From NCBI GenBank assembly GCA_036785375.1, contig JAWMAR010000077.1:1550001-1614000 (forward strand): DNA of 64,000 nucleotides, in the 5' to 3' direction. The stretch comes from Leucoraja ocellata (lineage: Eukaryota). The position numbers and the translations under genes were made by a program. Under the pieces are notes generated by a model. The model saw only the letters and a program-made list of their open reading frames with translations, was not told where the DNA came from and did no database searches. Shown here in pieces: positions 11,066 to 23,381 of this stretch (the stretch's first letter is position 1; each line of letters begins with the position of its first letter).

Positions 11066-11885
11066 CTTCTTGTGTTTGAGGCAGCAGAGGTTATGTAACA
11101 CACTCCAGGCGCTGTAGGCAGTTCAATGTGCTGTTGTCGAGGGCCGTGAGATCTACCCCTCCACTAGGGGGACGGAGGACAGCGCAGTCGACAATGACGT
11201 GCTGCACTGTTTGTTGGTCTGCTCTACACATGCAGGCTGCTGTTGAACTCAGCCCCCAGCGATGCATGTTGGCATTGAACCGGCCGCCCCCTGTACGGAG
11301 CCGGTTCAGGGCGACCCATTCTTTGCGGGGCAGGTCCGATCCCGGTGGGGCTGTGGTGTTCGGTGCAACAGTGAATTGAGGAGGTCGCGAAGTCTGTTCC
11401 CAGCTGGTTCTCCATGCTCCTAGTGTGTTGAAACCAGAGCCACAGAGGGTCGTTGCATGACGGGAGAAGGGGCAACGAGATGACAGGCGTTGAGGTCCCA
11501 GTTGCTGGGAGTCCTGGGCGAGGTGGTGCAACAGATTTTTGGCGTCCAATGAGGCCTTGCAGACCAGCCTGTGGGTGAAGTACTCTGCGCGGAGATTGGT
11601 GGGTGCGATACCTGCGAGCACCGGTGGAAGATCTGTCGGTATTGGGCGTGGGCAGCCGGTGATGATCCGCGTGGTGCTGTTGAGGATGGCGTCTAACTTG
11701 CTAGAATGAGCGTTGCGGCACCATGCTGGGGCGGCGTACTCAGCGGCACTGTACACAAGTGCAAGAGCAATGGTTCGGAGAGTAGATGTCCTGGAGCCCC
11801 ATGACGTTCCAGCCAAGCAACGCGCCAAGACTTTAGCATGGAGAGCTCCAAGGTGTTGCTTGTAGGTCAGCTGCCGATCTAGAGA
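11066..11885 (-). mobile_element. Vingi/Ingi-like (I group) LINE 3' fragment
   Basis: LDRQLTYKQH...WG...LRTIALALVYSAAEYAAPAW...LNRLRTG...CMC...QTVQHVIVDC (CCHC knuckle); stop at 11091, short AAGAAGA tail. Confidence 0.7.
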
Positions 11886-12237
11886 CAGAGGGGAACAAAG
11901 GCGAGGTTTCCAAGGGCAAGTAGGAGGAGGTGTCTGAGAGTTGTCGCCTGGCCTCAGCCCTGTAGTGGTCTGCTGGTCTGGCCTTGCCAAGGCAGCGTGA
12001 GGTATAAATGGAGTCAATAGAAGGGAGATTGGTTTGTGCGATGGTCTGGGCTGTGTCAGTTTGGCTTGCACGCGGCTTGTTATTATCCATTATTCTATTT
12101 CATAAAGACACTGTAAAATACAATGGGAACATTTATTGCCTTCTTTAAACTACACCTATAAAATATTTGCTGCATTTTTTCATTAAAATCTTCCCTTCAT
12201 TCAAAAAAATTTATAATGGCATCTTAATTTTCCACAG

Positions 12238-12303
12238 ATCATTGTAAATGTAGAAAAATTAAACCAACGCTAAAAACGTACTTGGGCAAGAATTATAACT
12301 ATG
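12238..12303 (+). CDS. SFRP4: SFRP4 exon 3 (start of NTR domain, 66 nt)
   Basis: ccacag| ... |gtaagt; NHCKCRKIKPTLKTYLGKNYNY. Confidence 0.93.
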
Positions 12304-13348
12304 GTAAGTGGTGACTGCCTATTTATTAAGTGGTATTTTGTAATCTATAATAGCAGAATCCCTACCGATGGTTTTTTTGTCCAGATCTTGAACAATCTAT
12401 GACTAATAGACAGGGTTCAGGGGTCAATCACACTCTGGAGTCTATTTGATTGTCGAGATGCACAATTCTATTTTATAATTTCAGAAACTGGAAACTGACA
12501 GCATGTTCAGAAACTGTCATGCACCTATCCCAATGAGTTCATAAATGCTTTTATGTCCTTTGTTCTTTTGTTGCATTTGAAATTAATATAATAAACTCAT
12601 CAGATTTGAACTGACTACATCTTGGATTTGGTAACTTCAACAGTAGGTATTTCCTTTACCTTGCGAAATCTCCCCTAGAAACTAATATGTTAATTTTCTG
12701 GCACATTTAAGAATGTAGACCACGTGCCTCTCAAACTCGTTTGGTTGCAACCCAGCCCAAAATGAAGGTTTAAATATCATAGAGTAATAGAAATTTATGC
12801 ACAGAAAGGAGTCCATTTGATCAATGATATTCATCCTGGCCAAGAAAGAATTAATTAAGATTTATCCTGCTCTCTAATCTTTAACCTTCTGGGTTTTAAC
12901 ATCAAAAACTATACATTATTGGAAGGGAGATTTCTCACACATTTATCATTATGCTTTTTCATAGTGAAATTTTCTACTAGTAATTAATGCAAAGGTCGAG
13001 CTGAAGTCTTTAAAGGGCTTGAACAGCTACGTTCATTTTGAAGAGAGTTCTTCTAAGGTGCAAAAGGAGAGGGAGAATGACTGTTGTTGCATTTGTTTAG
13101 CCTGACTTTAAACCAAGGCAAAAGGGATTATTTTAATAGTCCATTAATCCAATATACCCATGCAAAATTGTGCCAATAAGAATCATTATAAGTAAGTTAT
13201 TGCTTGTATAGTCATAGAGTCATAGAGTGATACAGTGTGGAAACAGGCCCTTTGGCCCAAATTGCCCACACCGGCCAATATGTCCCAGCTACCCTAGTCC
13301 CACCTGCCAGCATTTGGTGTATATCCTCCAAACCTGCCTTATCTATGT

Positions 13349-13806
13349 GGAGTATCAGACTAAGCGGAGGTTGGGCGATCGTTTCGCCAAACACCTCCGC
13401 TCAGTCCGCAATAACCTACCTGAACTCCCGGTGGCCCAGCACTTCAACTCCCCCTCCCATTCTCAATCCGACCTCTCTGTCCTGGGTTTCCTCCATTGCC
13501 AGAGTGAGCAACACCGGAAATTGGAGGAACAGCACCTCATATTCCGCCTGGGCAGCTTGTGTCCTGATGGCATGAACGTTGAATTCTCCCAATTTTGCTA
13601 GCCCTTGCTGTCTCCTCCCCTTCCTTAACCCTTGAGCTGTCTCCTCCCATCCCCCCGCCCTCGGGCTCCTCTTCCTCCCTTTTTCCTTCCTTCTCCCCCC
13701 CACCCCCCATCAGTCTGAAGAAGGGTTTCGGCCCGAAACGTCGCCTATTTCCTTCGCTCCATAGATGCTGCTGCACCCGCTGAGTTTCTCCAGCAATTTT
13801 GTGTAC
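13349..13806 (+). mobile_element. Young 5'-truncated Penelope element (GIY-YIG C-terminus and terminal repeat), 16-bp TSD
   Basis: QTKRRLGDRFAKH...EEQHLIFRLGSL; TSD CCTGCCTTATCTATGT at 13333-13348 and 13807-13822. Confidence 0.92.
13711..13746 (+). ncRNA. Minimal type I hammerhead ribozyme motif in Penelope terminus
   Basis: CUGAAGA-A-[GGGU UUCG GCCC]-GAAAC-GUC; palindromic ACGU helix III; helix I weak. Confidence 0.65.
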
Positions 13807-14204
13807 CCTGCCTTATCTATGTCCCTGTCTAACTGCTTCTTAAATGTTGGGATAGTCCCTGCCTCAACTACCTCCTTTGGCAGCTTGTTCCATACACCCA
13901 CCACCCTTTGTGTGAAAAATAAACACAAAAACGATGTATTTGAGCTATATATTGTTGTAGCTTTATTATCACAATATTTTCAGAGTAATTGCTGATATAA
14001 AAATATTGCATATTTCATAAGGATGTTAACTTATCAGTTTAGAATAAGACTTTTAATGGAAGTTGAATTAAATTGACCCGAGGTAACAGCAGCTTAAATA
14101 TTAATTGAGAAGCATCGAGTCATGATTTTCTAATAGACCCTATCAATGGTCTTGTTTTTTTTGTTGCTGGGAAGTAATTTGTAATTTTTTTTTTTTCACT
14201 TAAG

Positions 14205-14403
14205 TTATTCGGGCCAAATTAAAAGAAGTGAGCAGAAGTGGATGTAATGAAATCACAACTGTAGTGGAGGTGATTGAAACTTTCAAATCATTGACACCTA
14301 TTATGCAACCTTATGTAACCATTCTCACCAATTCTTCATGCTCATGTCCTCAATTACCACCCAACCAAGATTCACTTATCATGTGCTATGTTCTTCACTC
14401 ACG
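14205..14403 (+). CDS. SFRP4: SFRP4 exon 4 (NTR domain, 199 nt)
   Basis: poly-T tract and taag| ... |gtaagt; [29 protein letters not shown]...[23 protein letters not shown]. Confidence 0.93.
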
Positions 14404-14839
14404 GTAAGTGGCATTGTTCTTTGATTCAACTTCACATAAATAAATAAATGGTTTGGTATCCAGGCCAACTGAACAGAATCTTTGTGACATTCTTTTGAAA
14501 CAAATTACTTCTGATTCCACTCTAGGCCAGAGTAAGATTTTGTAAATAAGATATAATAATTTTGTTTGATAATGTTTGAAAATTCTTCTGATGTTTTCCA
14601 TTTAAAATTTGGAAAAAAAAAGAAAATTTGATGTGTAATGTAAATAGTAACAAGTTGTGTAACAAGTTAATTGAAAATGGTACAGGAAAGGGAAAAGGAG
14701 TTGGCATCGTTTGGGTCAGAACAAAAGTAATTAGGAACACACATATACAAAAAACTGTGCAAGTACAAATCTGAAGTGTATTAGCTACTGAACAATAACA
14801 GTGAGAATTTGGGCCAGATATATTAAACATAGAATATAT

Positions 14840-15870
14840 AACAGTATAGCACAGGAAAAAGCCCTTCAACCAACATGTCTGTGTTGAACATGATGCCATA
14901 ACCAACTGTTATATGCCTGCACATGATCCATATCCTTTCATTCCCCGCAATCCATGTGCCTATCTAAAGTCTCTTAAATGCTACTATTGTAGCTGCCTAT
15001 GCCACCACCTCCCCCACAGCATGTCCCATGCACTCACCATTGTCTGTGTAAAATAAAATATGGCCTGCACATCTCCTTTCAACTTTACCGCTTTCACCTT
15101 AAAGCAATGCCCTCCAGTATTTGATATTTCCATTCTGGGACTATCTACCCTAACTACGTCTCTCATAATTTTATATACTTCTATCAGGTCTCGTCAGAGA
15201 AAACAATTCAAGTCTCTTCCCTGTAGCTAATCCAGGCATCATTCTAGTACCCTCTGCACCCGCTCCAAAAGCCTCCACATCCTTTTTGTAATGGGGTGAC
15301 CAGAACTGCATGCAATACTCCAAACGTGGTGGAATCCAAGACTTATAAAGCTGCATCATAACTTCCTGACTCTTATTCTCAATGCCCCGTCCAATGAAGG
15401 CAAGCATACCATATGCTACTTTCAGGGAGTTGGATCCCAAGATCACTCTGTACAGAAATGCTGTTAAGGGTCTTGTGATTCATTGTATATTTAACCCTTA
15501 CATTCAACCTCCCAAATTGCAACATTTCGCACTTGCTTCGATTAAGTTCCATTGCCCACTTGAGTTCTTTCCTCCTTGCTTTATATTCCCCAAAGGCCCT
15601 GTCTAATTTCATCTTTTTAAACCTTGCATGTGCTTCCTTTTTTTTCTTTTTGGCCAAATTTACAATCTCTTGGGTCATCCAATGTTCTCTTACTCGCCAT
15701 CTCTCTCCTTTCTGGAACATGATGGTTCTGAACTTTATCAACTGTCCTTTAAATGATTCCCACATGCCAGATGTCGACTTACCTAACTGCTCCCAATATA
15801 CCTTCCTGAGCTTCGGCTTTGCCATACTACAATTTAGTGTCCTTCCCACAAGATCCACACTTAACCCTAT
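14840..15870 (-). mobile_element. Old fragmented CR1 LINE
   Basis: AYGMLAFIGRGIE...LEYCMQFWSPHY; WESFKGQL...WMT fragments. Confidence 0.8.
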
Positions 15871-17109
15871 TCAAAACAATTTTAAAACTGTAATGGAGTT
15901 GAAAAAATATGAAATTAGACAAGGCCCAATTACCAGTGAAATTTTGCACCATGATGGATCTGGAACAGACTATATTTATCAATGCTTAGTTTTAATTTAG
16001 TTTTTATTCGTGGGATATGGATGTCACTGACCATCCCAGAGATTTAATGTCCATAATAACATTGAGCAAGTACTGGTGACGCACTGCAATGAGCTGTTGT
16101 ATTGACATACTGAAGGTCTTCCTTCCTCCTGTATGTTATGTTGGGTGATTTATGTGAATTTGACATGGAAAAGATGAGAGCAGGTCATACTTTCAATTCA
16201 GTATGGTGTTTGTCTTTGAGAGTAAGTTGATGATGATGGTATTCCTATAGCCATCCTTATGAATATTAGGATTTAAATGTTGTTGTAGCTTTGACAAATT
16301 ATTGTAGTGTATCCTTCGGAGATGGTGTTATACTGGGTTTGACATAATGCCATATCATTTCATTTTCAGTGGTGCATCCCGCAACCACTGTGCACTGGTG
16401 ATGGAAGGAATACATTTTCAGATTATGGATAAATTGCAAGTGATTTGCATTGACCTGCTTGGTGCTAATTGATAAGTTTAAGTGTTGGAAGGAACTGCAG
16501 CTGCTGGTTTAAACTGAAGATGGACACAAAAAGCTGGAGTAACTCAGCGGGACAGGCAGCATCTCCAGAGAGAAGGAATTGGTAATGTTGCAGCTCGACC
16601 TGAAACGTCACCCATTCCTTCTCTCCAGAGATGCTGCCTGTCCCGCTCAGTTACTACAGCTTTTTGTGTCTATCTTCATGAAAAGTTTAAGTGTTATTGG
16701 AGCTGTTTTCATCCAAACAAATGGATGTACACTCCTTACTTGTCCGTTATTGTTGTAAGAAAGTGTTTGAGGAGTAAGATGAGTTACTTACTGTTTTTTT
16801 TAAAGCTGGTGATGGGCTCCAAGGTCCCTCGCATTATATGTCACAAATATTACTTGTCACTTATCACCCTGTTTATATGTTGTGTTCTTCCTGCAAAGGC
16901 CACAGAATGTTTCATGTAAACTGATGTTGAGCAGCTTTCTGCAGACATGCTCACTTATGAACCAATGTCGTAGAGTCACAGAATTATAGCCATACAGGAT
17001 AGCAACAGTGACGTGCGGTGAGGTCAATGACTGGGGAAGCACTGGTCAGTATCAGTGGCCTGGCCCTCCCTGTATTGATCACCGCATCTCCCCGAGGAGA
17101 GAGAGGGGT

Positions 17110-17257
17110 NNNNNNNNNNNNNNNNNNNNNNNNNNNNNNNNNNNNNNNNNNNNNNNNNNNNNNNNNNNNNNNNNNNNNNNNNNNNNNNNNNNNNNNNNNN
17201 NNNNNNNNNNNNNNNNNNNNNNNNNNNNNNNNNNNNNNNNNNNNNNNNNNNNNNNNN
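17110..17257. other. Assembly gap
   Basis: Run of N. Confidence 1.
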
Positions 17258-17993
17258 TATTACATGTCATTTGAACTTCAGTGAGGCTCAAACGAAACTC
17301 CGTGTCCACAGCCATACAAACAAAGACAATTTCCTACAGACATACACACAATTCAATTTACAGAAACATCCATCACAGTGATGGAAGGCAAAGTCTTTTC
17401 TCCTATTCTCCATTTCTCTCCCGATGTTGAAGCCCCAGGCGGGCAATGGTAAGTCCCACGGCCCGGGCGATGTACGGCCTCGCTCCGTGTCGTTCCAACC
17501 CCGCGACATGGGCTGGAGAAGTCGCGTTGCGGGAGCTCCGGAAAGCGGTCTCCCACCCGGACCCGCGAGCTCCCGATATCACAGTCCACCGGACCTGCGG
17601 CTGCAGCTGGAGACTCCGAGCTCCGGGGTCGGGCCGCAGTAGCGAGTCACCACCGCTCCCCACGCTCCGATGCCAGCCAGCCCCACGATGGTAAGTCCGC
17701 AGCTCCGCAGGCTCCGCGACTGGAGCCCCCAGGTCGTTCTGGCTGGAGGCCGCTCCACGGTGCTAGGCCCCAACGACAACGGAGACCCGACAGGGAAAAG
17801 GTCGGGTCTCCCGTAGAGGGAAGAGATTTTAAAAACGTTTCCCCCTTCCCCCCCCACCCCCACCCCCCACATATACACAGTTAAAAACACTATTAAAAAA
17901 CACAAACAACTACATTTAACTAGACAAAAAATAAAAAAAAAGACAGACAGGTTGTAGGGGCTGCTGCAACACAGTCGCACTGCCACCGAAGGG
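17258..17993 (-). mobile_element. GC-rich interspersed repeat, probably a long SINE with a Rex1/L2-like tail
   Basis: Minus strand ends in GTTTCGTTTG...AAATGACATGTAATA, similar to Rex1 3' UTRs in this window; CpG-rich body; flanked by gaps. Confidence 0.4.
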
Positions 17994-18149
17994 NNNNNNN
18001 NNNNNNNNNNNNNNNNNNNNNNNNNNNNNNNNNNNNNNNNNNNNNNNNNNNNNNNNNNNNNNNNNNNNNNNNNNNNNNNNNNNNNNNNNNNNNNNNNNNN
18101 NNNNNNNNNNNNNNNNNNNNNNNNNNNNNNNNNNNNNNNNNNNNNNNNN
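17994..18149. other. Assembly gap followed by a GA-rich simple repeat (to about 18258)
   Basis: Run of N. Confidence 1.
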
Positions 18150-19532
18150 GAGATAGAAGGGAGAGAGAGAGTGAGAGAGAAGGGAGAGATAGAGAGAAGG
18201 GAGAGAGAGAAGGGAGAGAGAGACGGGGGAGAGAGATAAGGGAGAGAGAGGGAGAAAGAGCAGCCCCGGGCTGCCGCGTTCCCTGACTCAAATCTGAGCT
18301 TGTAAAATCATGTGGTGGGCCTGATGTGTGCCCCGGGCCATATTTTAGAGGCTCCTGCCTTACATAAACTAAACAGAAATGTACAGAAGTACAAAGATCG
18401 ATGACTTTATTATTATGATAAGTATAGATCTATTTTTTAAAAATCTAATAACTTTCTAATGTACCGACAAAGTCTACCATCCCAAGTGGCGTATCTTGTT
18501 CTGCTCCATGATCTTTGGTCTGCGCCACCGCTGCTGAAGCTAGCTAACGTGGAAGGAGAGTGAGCCTACGTAATTTACGCTCGCTCTCCCTCCACTGGGT
18601 TCAAGACACGCCCTCTTGTGAGGCAGATGTGATCGCTGCCTCTCCTGGAGCTTTTTCAATGCAGTTTTATGTGAGACCAGCAAGCACAAATTTAATATCT
18701 TTATATGTGAAATACGTTACCTGGACTATGGAAGGTAAGGACATGTAATGAAGGGGTTTACACACATTACATTGTTGACATACATCGAGATAGTACCAAG
18801 CACACGCTTGTTGCCCGCGCGCTCCATGCAGTTTCTGAGGGGTTGCGCAATCAGATGGGAGGCTCAGCTCGTCGCTGCCTCACCTCTCATCTCTCCCTGT
18901 ATTTGCAGCGGAGCTGCGCAAATTTGGCGATTTTGACTAACAAAAAATGACTAGATTCATATAGAAATTACATTTATAACACAGATCAGTGGAAAAATCT
19001 TTATATTTATTTAATTTTATTATTATTTTTCTTGACTTTTCTTAACAGCTATTTTCATTGGAAGTATGACAGGTGAGGCTCTGCTTCCCCTGACCGCATG
19101 TCCCTAGATAGCAACAGGTCTTTCAGCCCAACTTGTTCACGCTGACCAAGTTGCCTCCTGAGATAAATCCATTTGTTTGCAACTGGCCCATAGACTTCCA
19201 AATCTTGTCTATCTATGTACTTGTCAAGTGTCTTTTAAATGTCAGAATTTTGCTTATTTCTAGCACATCTTTTGGAAGCTCATTCCATGTACGAACCACT
19301 TTCAGTGTGAAATAATTGCCACACGTCCCTTTTAGATCTTTCCTCTCTTACTTTGAACATGCCTTCAGGTTTAAGACTCTAGGGAAAGACTGAGGCAATT
19401 CACCTTATCTATGACCCTCATGGTTTTATACACCCCAGTAAAGTCACCTCTCAACCCATCCAACGTTTCCTTATAATTCAGACCTGGTAACACCTTTTAT
19501 AAATCTTTTTTGCACCTTTTTCAGTTGATTAA

Positions 19533-22500
19533 CATAACCATATAACCATATAACAATTACAGCACGGAAACAGGCCATCTCGGCCCTTCTAGTCCGTGCC
19601 GAACACTTACTCTCGCCTAGTCCCATCTACCTGCACTCAGACCATAACCTTCCATTCCTTTCCCGTCCATATACCTATCCAATTTATTTTTAAATGATAA
19701 AATCGAACCTGCCTCCACCACTTCCACTGGAAGCTCATTCCACACAGCTACCACTCTCTGAGTAAAGAAGTCCCCCCTCATGTTACCCCTAAACTTTTGT
19801 CCCTTAATTCTCAAATCACGTCCTCTTGTTTGAATCTTCCCTACTCTCAATGGAAAAAGCTTATCCACATCAACTCTGTCTATCCCTCTCATAATTTTAA
19901 AGACCTCTATCAAGTCCCCCTTAACCTTCTGCGCTCCAAAGAATAAAGAGCTATCTTGTTCAACCTTTCTCTGTAACTTAGGTGCTGAAACCCAGGCAAC
20001 ATTCTAGTAAATCTCTTCTGTACTCTCTCTGTTTTGTTGACATCTTTGCTATAATTTGGCGACCAAAATTGTACACCATATTCCAGACTTGGCCTCGCCA
20101 ATGCCTTGTACAATTTTTACATTACATCCCAACTTCTATACTTCTATGATTTATAAAGGCCAGCACACCAAAAGCTTTCTTTACCACCCTATCTACATGA
20201 GATTCCACCTTCAGGGAACTACGCACAGTTATTCCTAGATCCCTCTGTTCAACTGCATTCCTCAATTCGCTACCATTTACCATGTATGTCCTATTTTGAT
20301 TTGTCCTGCCAAGATGTAGCACCTCTCACTTATCAGCATTAAACTCCATCTGCCATCTTTCAGCCCACTCTCCAAATGACCTAAATCTCTCTGTAGACTT
20401 TGAAAATCGACTTCATTATCCACAACAATACCAATCTTAGTATCATCTGCATACTTACTAATCCAATTTACCACACCATCATCCAGATCATTGATGCATA
20501 TGACAAACAACAGTGGACCCAACACAGATCCCTGAGGCACCCCACTAGTCACCGGCCTCCAACCTGACAACAGTTATCCACCATTACTCTTGGGTATCTC
20601 CCATTCAGCCACTGTTGAATCCATCTTGCTACCCCACTATTAATACTCAACAATTGAACCTTCTTAACCAACCTTCCATGTGGAACCTTGTCAAAGGCCT
20701 TACTGAAGTGCATATAGACAACATCCACCGCTTTACCCTCATCAATTTCCCTAATAACCTCTTCAAAAAATTCAAGAAGATTAGTCAAACATGACCTTCC
20801 AGGCACAAATCTATGTTGACTGTTCTTAATCAGACCCTGTTTATCGAGATGATTAAATATATTATCTCTAAGTATTCTTTCCATTAATTTGCCGACCACT
20901 GACGTCAAACTAACAGGTCTATAATTGCTAGGTTTACTCTTAGAACCTTTTTTAAACAATAGAACAACATGCGCAGTACGCCAATCCTCCGGCACCATTC
21001 CTGTTTCTAATGATATTTGAAATATTTCTGTCATAGCCCCTGCTATTTCTACACTAACTTCTCTCAATGTCCTAGGGAATATCCTGTCAGGACCTGGAGA
21101 CTTATCTACTTTTATATTTTTCAAAAGTGTCAGTACTTCCTCTTCTTTGATCCTCATAGTTTATATAGCTACCCTACTTGTTTCCCTTACCTCACATAAT
21201 TCAATATCCTTCTCCTTGGTGAATACCGAAGAAAAGAAATTGTTCAATATCTCCCCCATCTCTTTTGGCTCTGCAGATAGCTGTCCACTCTGACTCTCTA
21301 ATGGACCAATTTTATCCCTCGTTATCCTTTTGCTATTAATATAGCTGTAGAAACCCTTTGGATTTACTTTCACCTTACTTGGCAAAGCAACCTCATATCT
21401 TCTTTTAGCTTTTCTAATTTCTTTCTTAAGATTCTTTTTACATTCTTTATACTCCTCAAGCACCAAATTTACTCCATGCTGCCTATAATTATTGTAGAGC
21501 TCTCTCTTTTTCCAAACCGTGTCCAATTTCCCTTGAAAACCATGGCTCTTTCCAATTATTACTCTTTCCTTTCAACTGAACAGGGACATAAATATTCTGT
21601 ACTCTTAAAATGTCACCTTTAAATGACCTCCATTTCTCTACAACATTCTTCCCATAAAACAAAATGTCCCAATTCACTCCTTTTAAATCCTTTCGCATCT
21701 CCTCAAAGTTAGCCTTTCTCCAATCACAAATCTCAACCCTAGGTCCAGTTCTGACCTTCTCCATAATTATATTGAAACTAATGGTATTGTGATCACTGGA
21801 TCCGAAGTGCTCCCCACCACATACCTCCGTCACCTGTCCTGTCTCATTTCCTAACAGGAGGTCCAGCACTGCCCCTTCTCTAGTAGGTACCTCTTAGTAT
21901 GGCTGCAAAAAACTATCCTGCACACATTTTACAAACTACAAACCATCCATCCCTTTTACAGAATGTTTCCCAGTCTAAGTGTGGAAAATTGAAATCTCCC
22001 ACAATCACTACCTTGTGCTTACTACTAATAGCTGCAATCTCCTTACATATTTGCTCTTCCAATTCTCGCTCCCCATTAGGCAGTCTATAATACACCCCTA
22101 TAAGTGTTGCTACACCTTTCCCATTTCTCAGTTCCACCCAAATAGCCTCCCTAGACGAGCCCTCTAATCTATCCTGCCAAAGCACTGCTGTAATATCTTC
22201 CCTGACAAGCAATGCAACACCACCACCTCTTGCCCCTCCAATTCTATCACACCTGAAGCAACGAAATCCTGGAATATTTAGTTTCCAATCACAGCCTTCC
22301 TGCAACCATGTTTCACTAATCGCCACAGCACCATACTTCCAGGTGTCAATCCAGGCTCTAACCTCATCCACCTTTCTTACAATGCTCCTAGCATTAAAAT
22401 ATACACATTTACCCACTACCTCTTATTCTCTGTTTATTATATTTTTCTTCTTTCCCCCCTACATGTTGGGTCCGAGTGCTTCCCTTCTCTGCCTCCTGCC

Positions 22501-22971
22501 TCACACTCTGTCTACTAGATTTCTCTATTTGAGTCCCTCCCCCCAAACGTTCTAGTTTAAAGTCTCCCCAGTAGCCTTTGCAAATCTCCCCACCAGGATA
22601 TTGGTTCCCCTCGTGTTCAAGTGCAACCCGTCCTTTTTGTACAGGTCACACCTTCCCCAAAAGAGGTCCCAATGATCCATAAACTTGAATCCCTGCCCTC
22701 TGCACCAATCCCTGAGCCACGCATTTATCCTCCACCTTGCTCCATTCCTACTCTCACTGTCGCGTGGCACAGGCAGTATTCCTGAGATTGTTACTTTTGC
22801 GGTCCTTCTCCTTAACACTCTTCCTAACTCCCTAAATTCTCCTTTTAGGACATCTTCTCTTTTTCTACCTATGTCATTGGTACCTATATGTACCACAACC
22901 TCTGGCTCCTCTCCCTCCCATTTCAGGATTTCTTGGACACGTTCAGACACATCCCAGACCCTGGCACCAGG
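19533..22971 (-). mobile_element. Second CR1 family, near full-length and frameshifted (3' half of ORF1 esterase and whole ORF2)
   Basis: HIGTND/DGLH esterase (22552-22950); FNARS, SETW, GDFN, SDHN, GVPQGS, YADD in successive frames; (TATATGGT)n-type tail at about 19533-19552. Confidence 0.93.
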
Positions 22972-22974
22972 GTA

Positions 22975-23047
22975 TTTTCTATATATATTCTATAGCAAGG
23001 CAACATATTTTCTATAGCAAGGCGACATATTTTCTATAGCAAGGCAA
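22975..23047. repeat. Three tandem copies of a unit of about 22 bp at the CR1 5' junction
   Basis: ATATTTTCTATAGCAAGGCAAC repeated. Confidence 0.85.
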
Positions 23048-23210
23048 CCAGATGTGTACAATCACTCCTTTGAGAAACAATGTTTTTTTCTCATGTCACT
23101 CTTGCTTCTTTACCTGATCATCTTATTTCTGTTAACCCTAGTTCTTGACATTCCAAAAAAAAATATGCTCCAGCTTCTCCAATCTAAACACAATACAATA
23201 CAATGCTATA

Positions 23211-23381
23211 CTTAAGAGGGAGTTAGATGTGGCCCTTGTGGCTAAAGGGATCAGGGGGTATGGAGAGACGGCAGGTACAGGATACTGAGTTGGGTGATCA
23301 GCCATGATATTGAATGGCGGTGCAGGCTCGAAGGGCCGAATGGCCTACTCCTGCACCTATTTTCTATGTTTCTATGTTTCT
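23211..23381 (+). mobile_element. CR1 3' tip (same family as 3140-7317)
   Basis: Near-identical to 7145-7317 including the TTTCTATG tail. Confidence 0.9.

Larger units (their letters stand above)
13212..13920 (-). mobile_element. CR1 3'-end fragment hosting a Penelope insertion
   Basis: FTQRVVGVWNKLP...EAGT ORF2 end and (CTATGACT)n-like tail at 13212; interrupted at 13349-13806. Confidence 0.75.

Noticed and set aside
11158-11176. CTCF-like CCACTAGGGGGAC (also weak matches near 33967 and 58805)
   Set aside because: Mismatch in the core, no clear upstream module, and located in or near TE sequence
17008-18291. ORFs spanning N runs (also 38576-39012)
   Set aside because: Artefacts of assembly gaps
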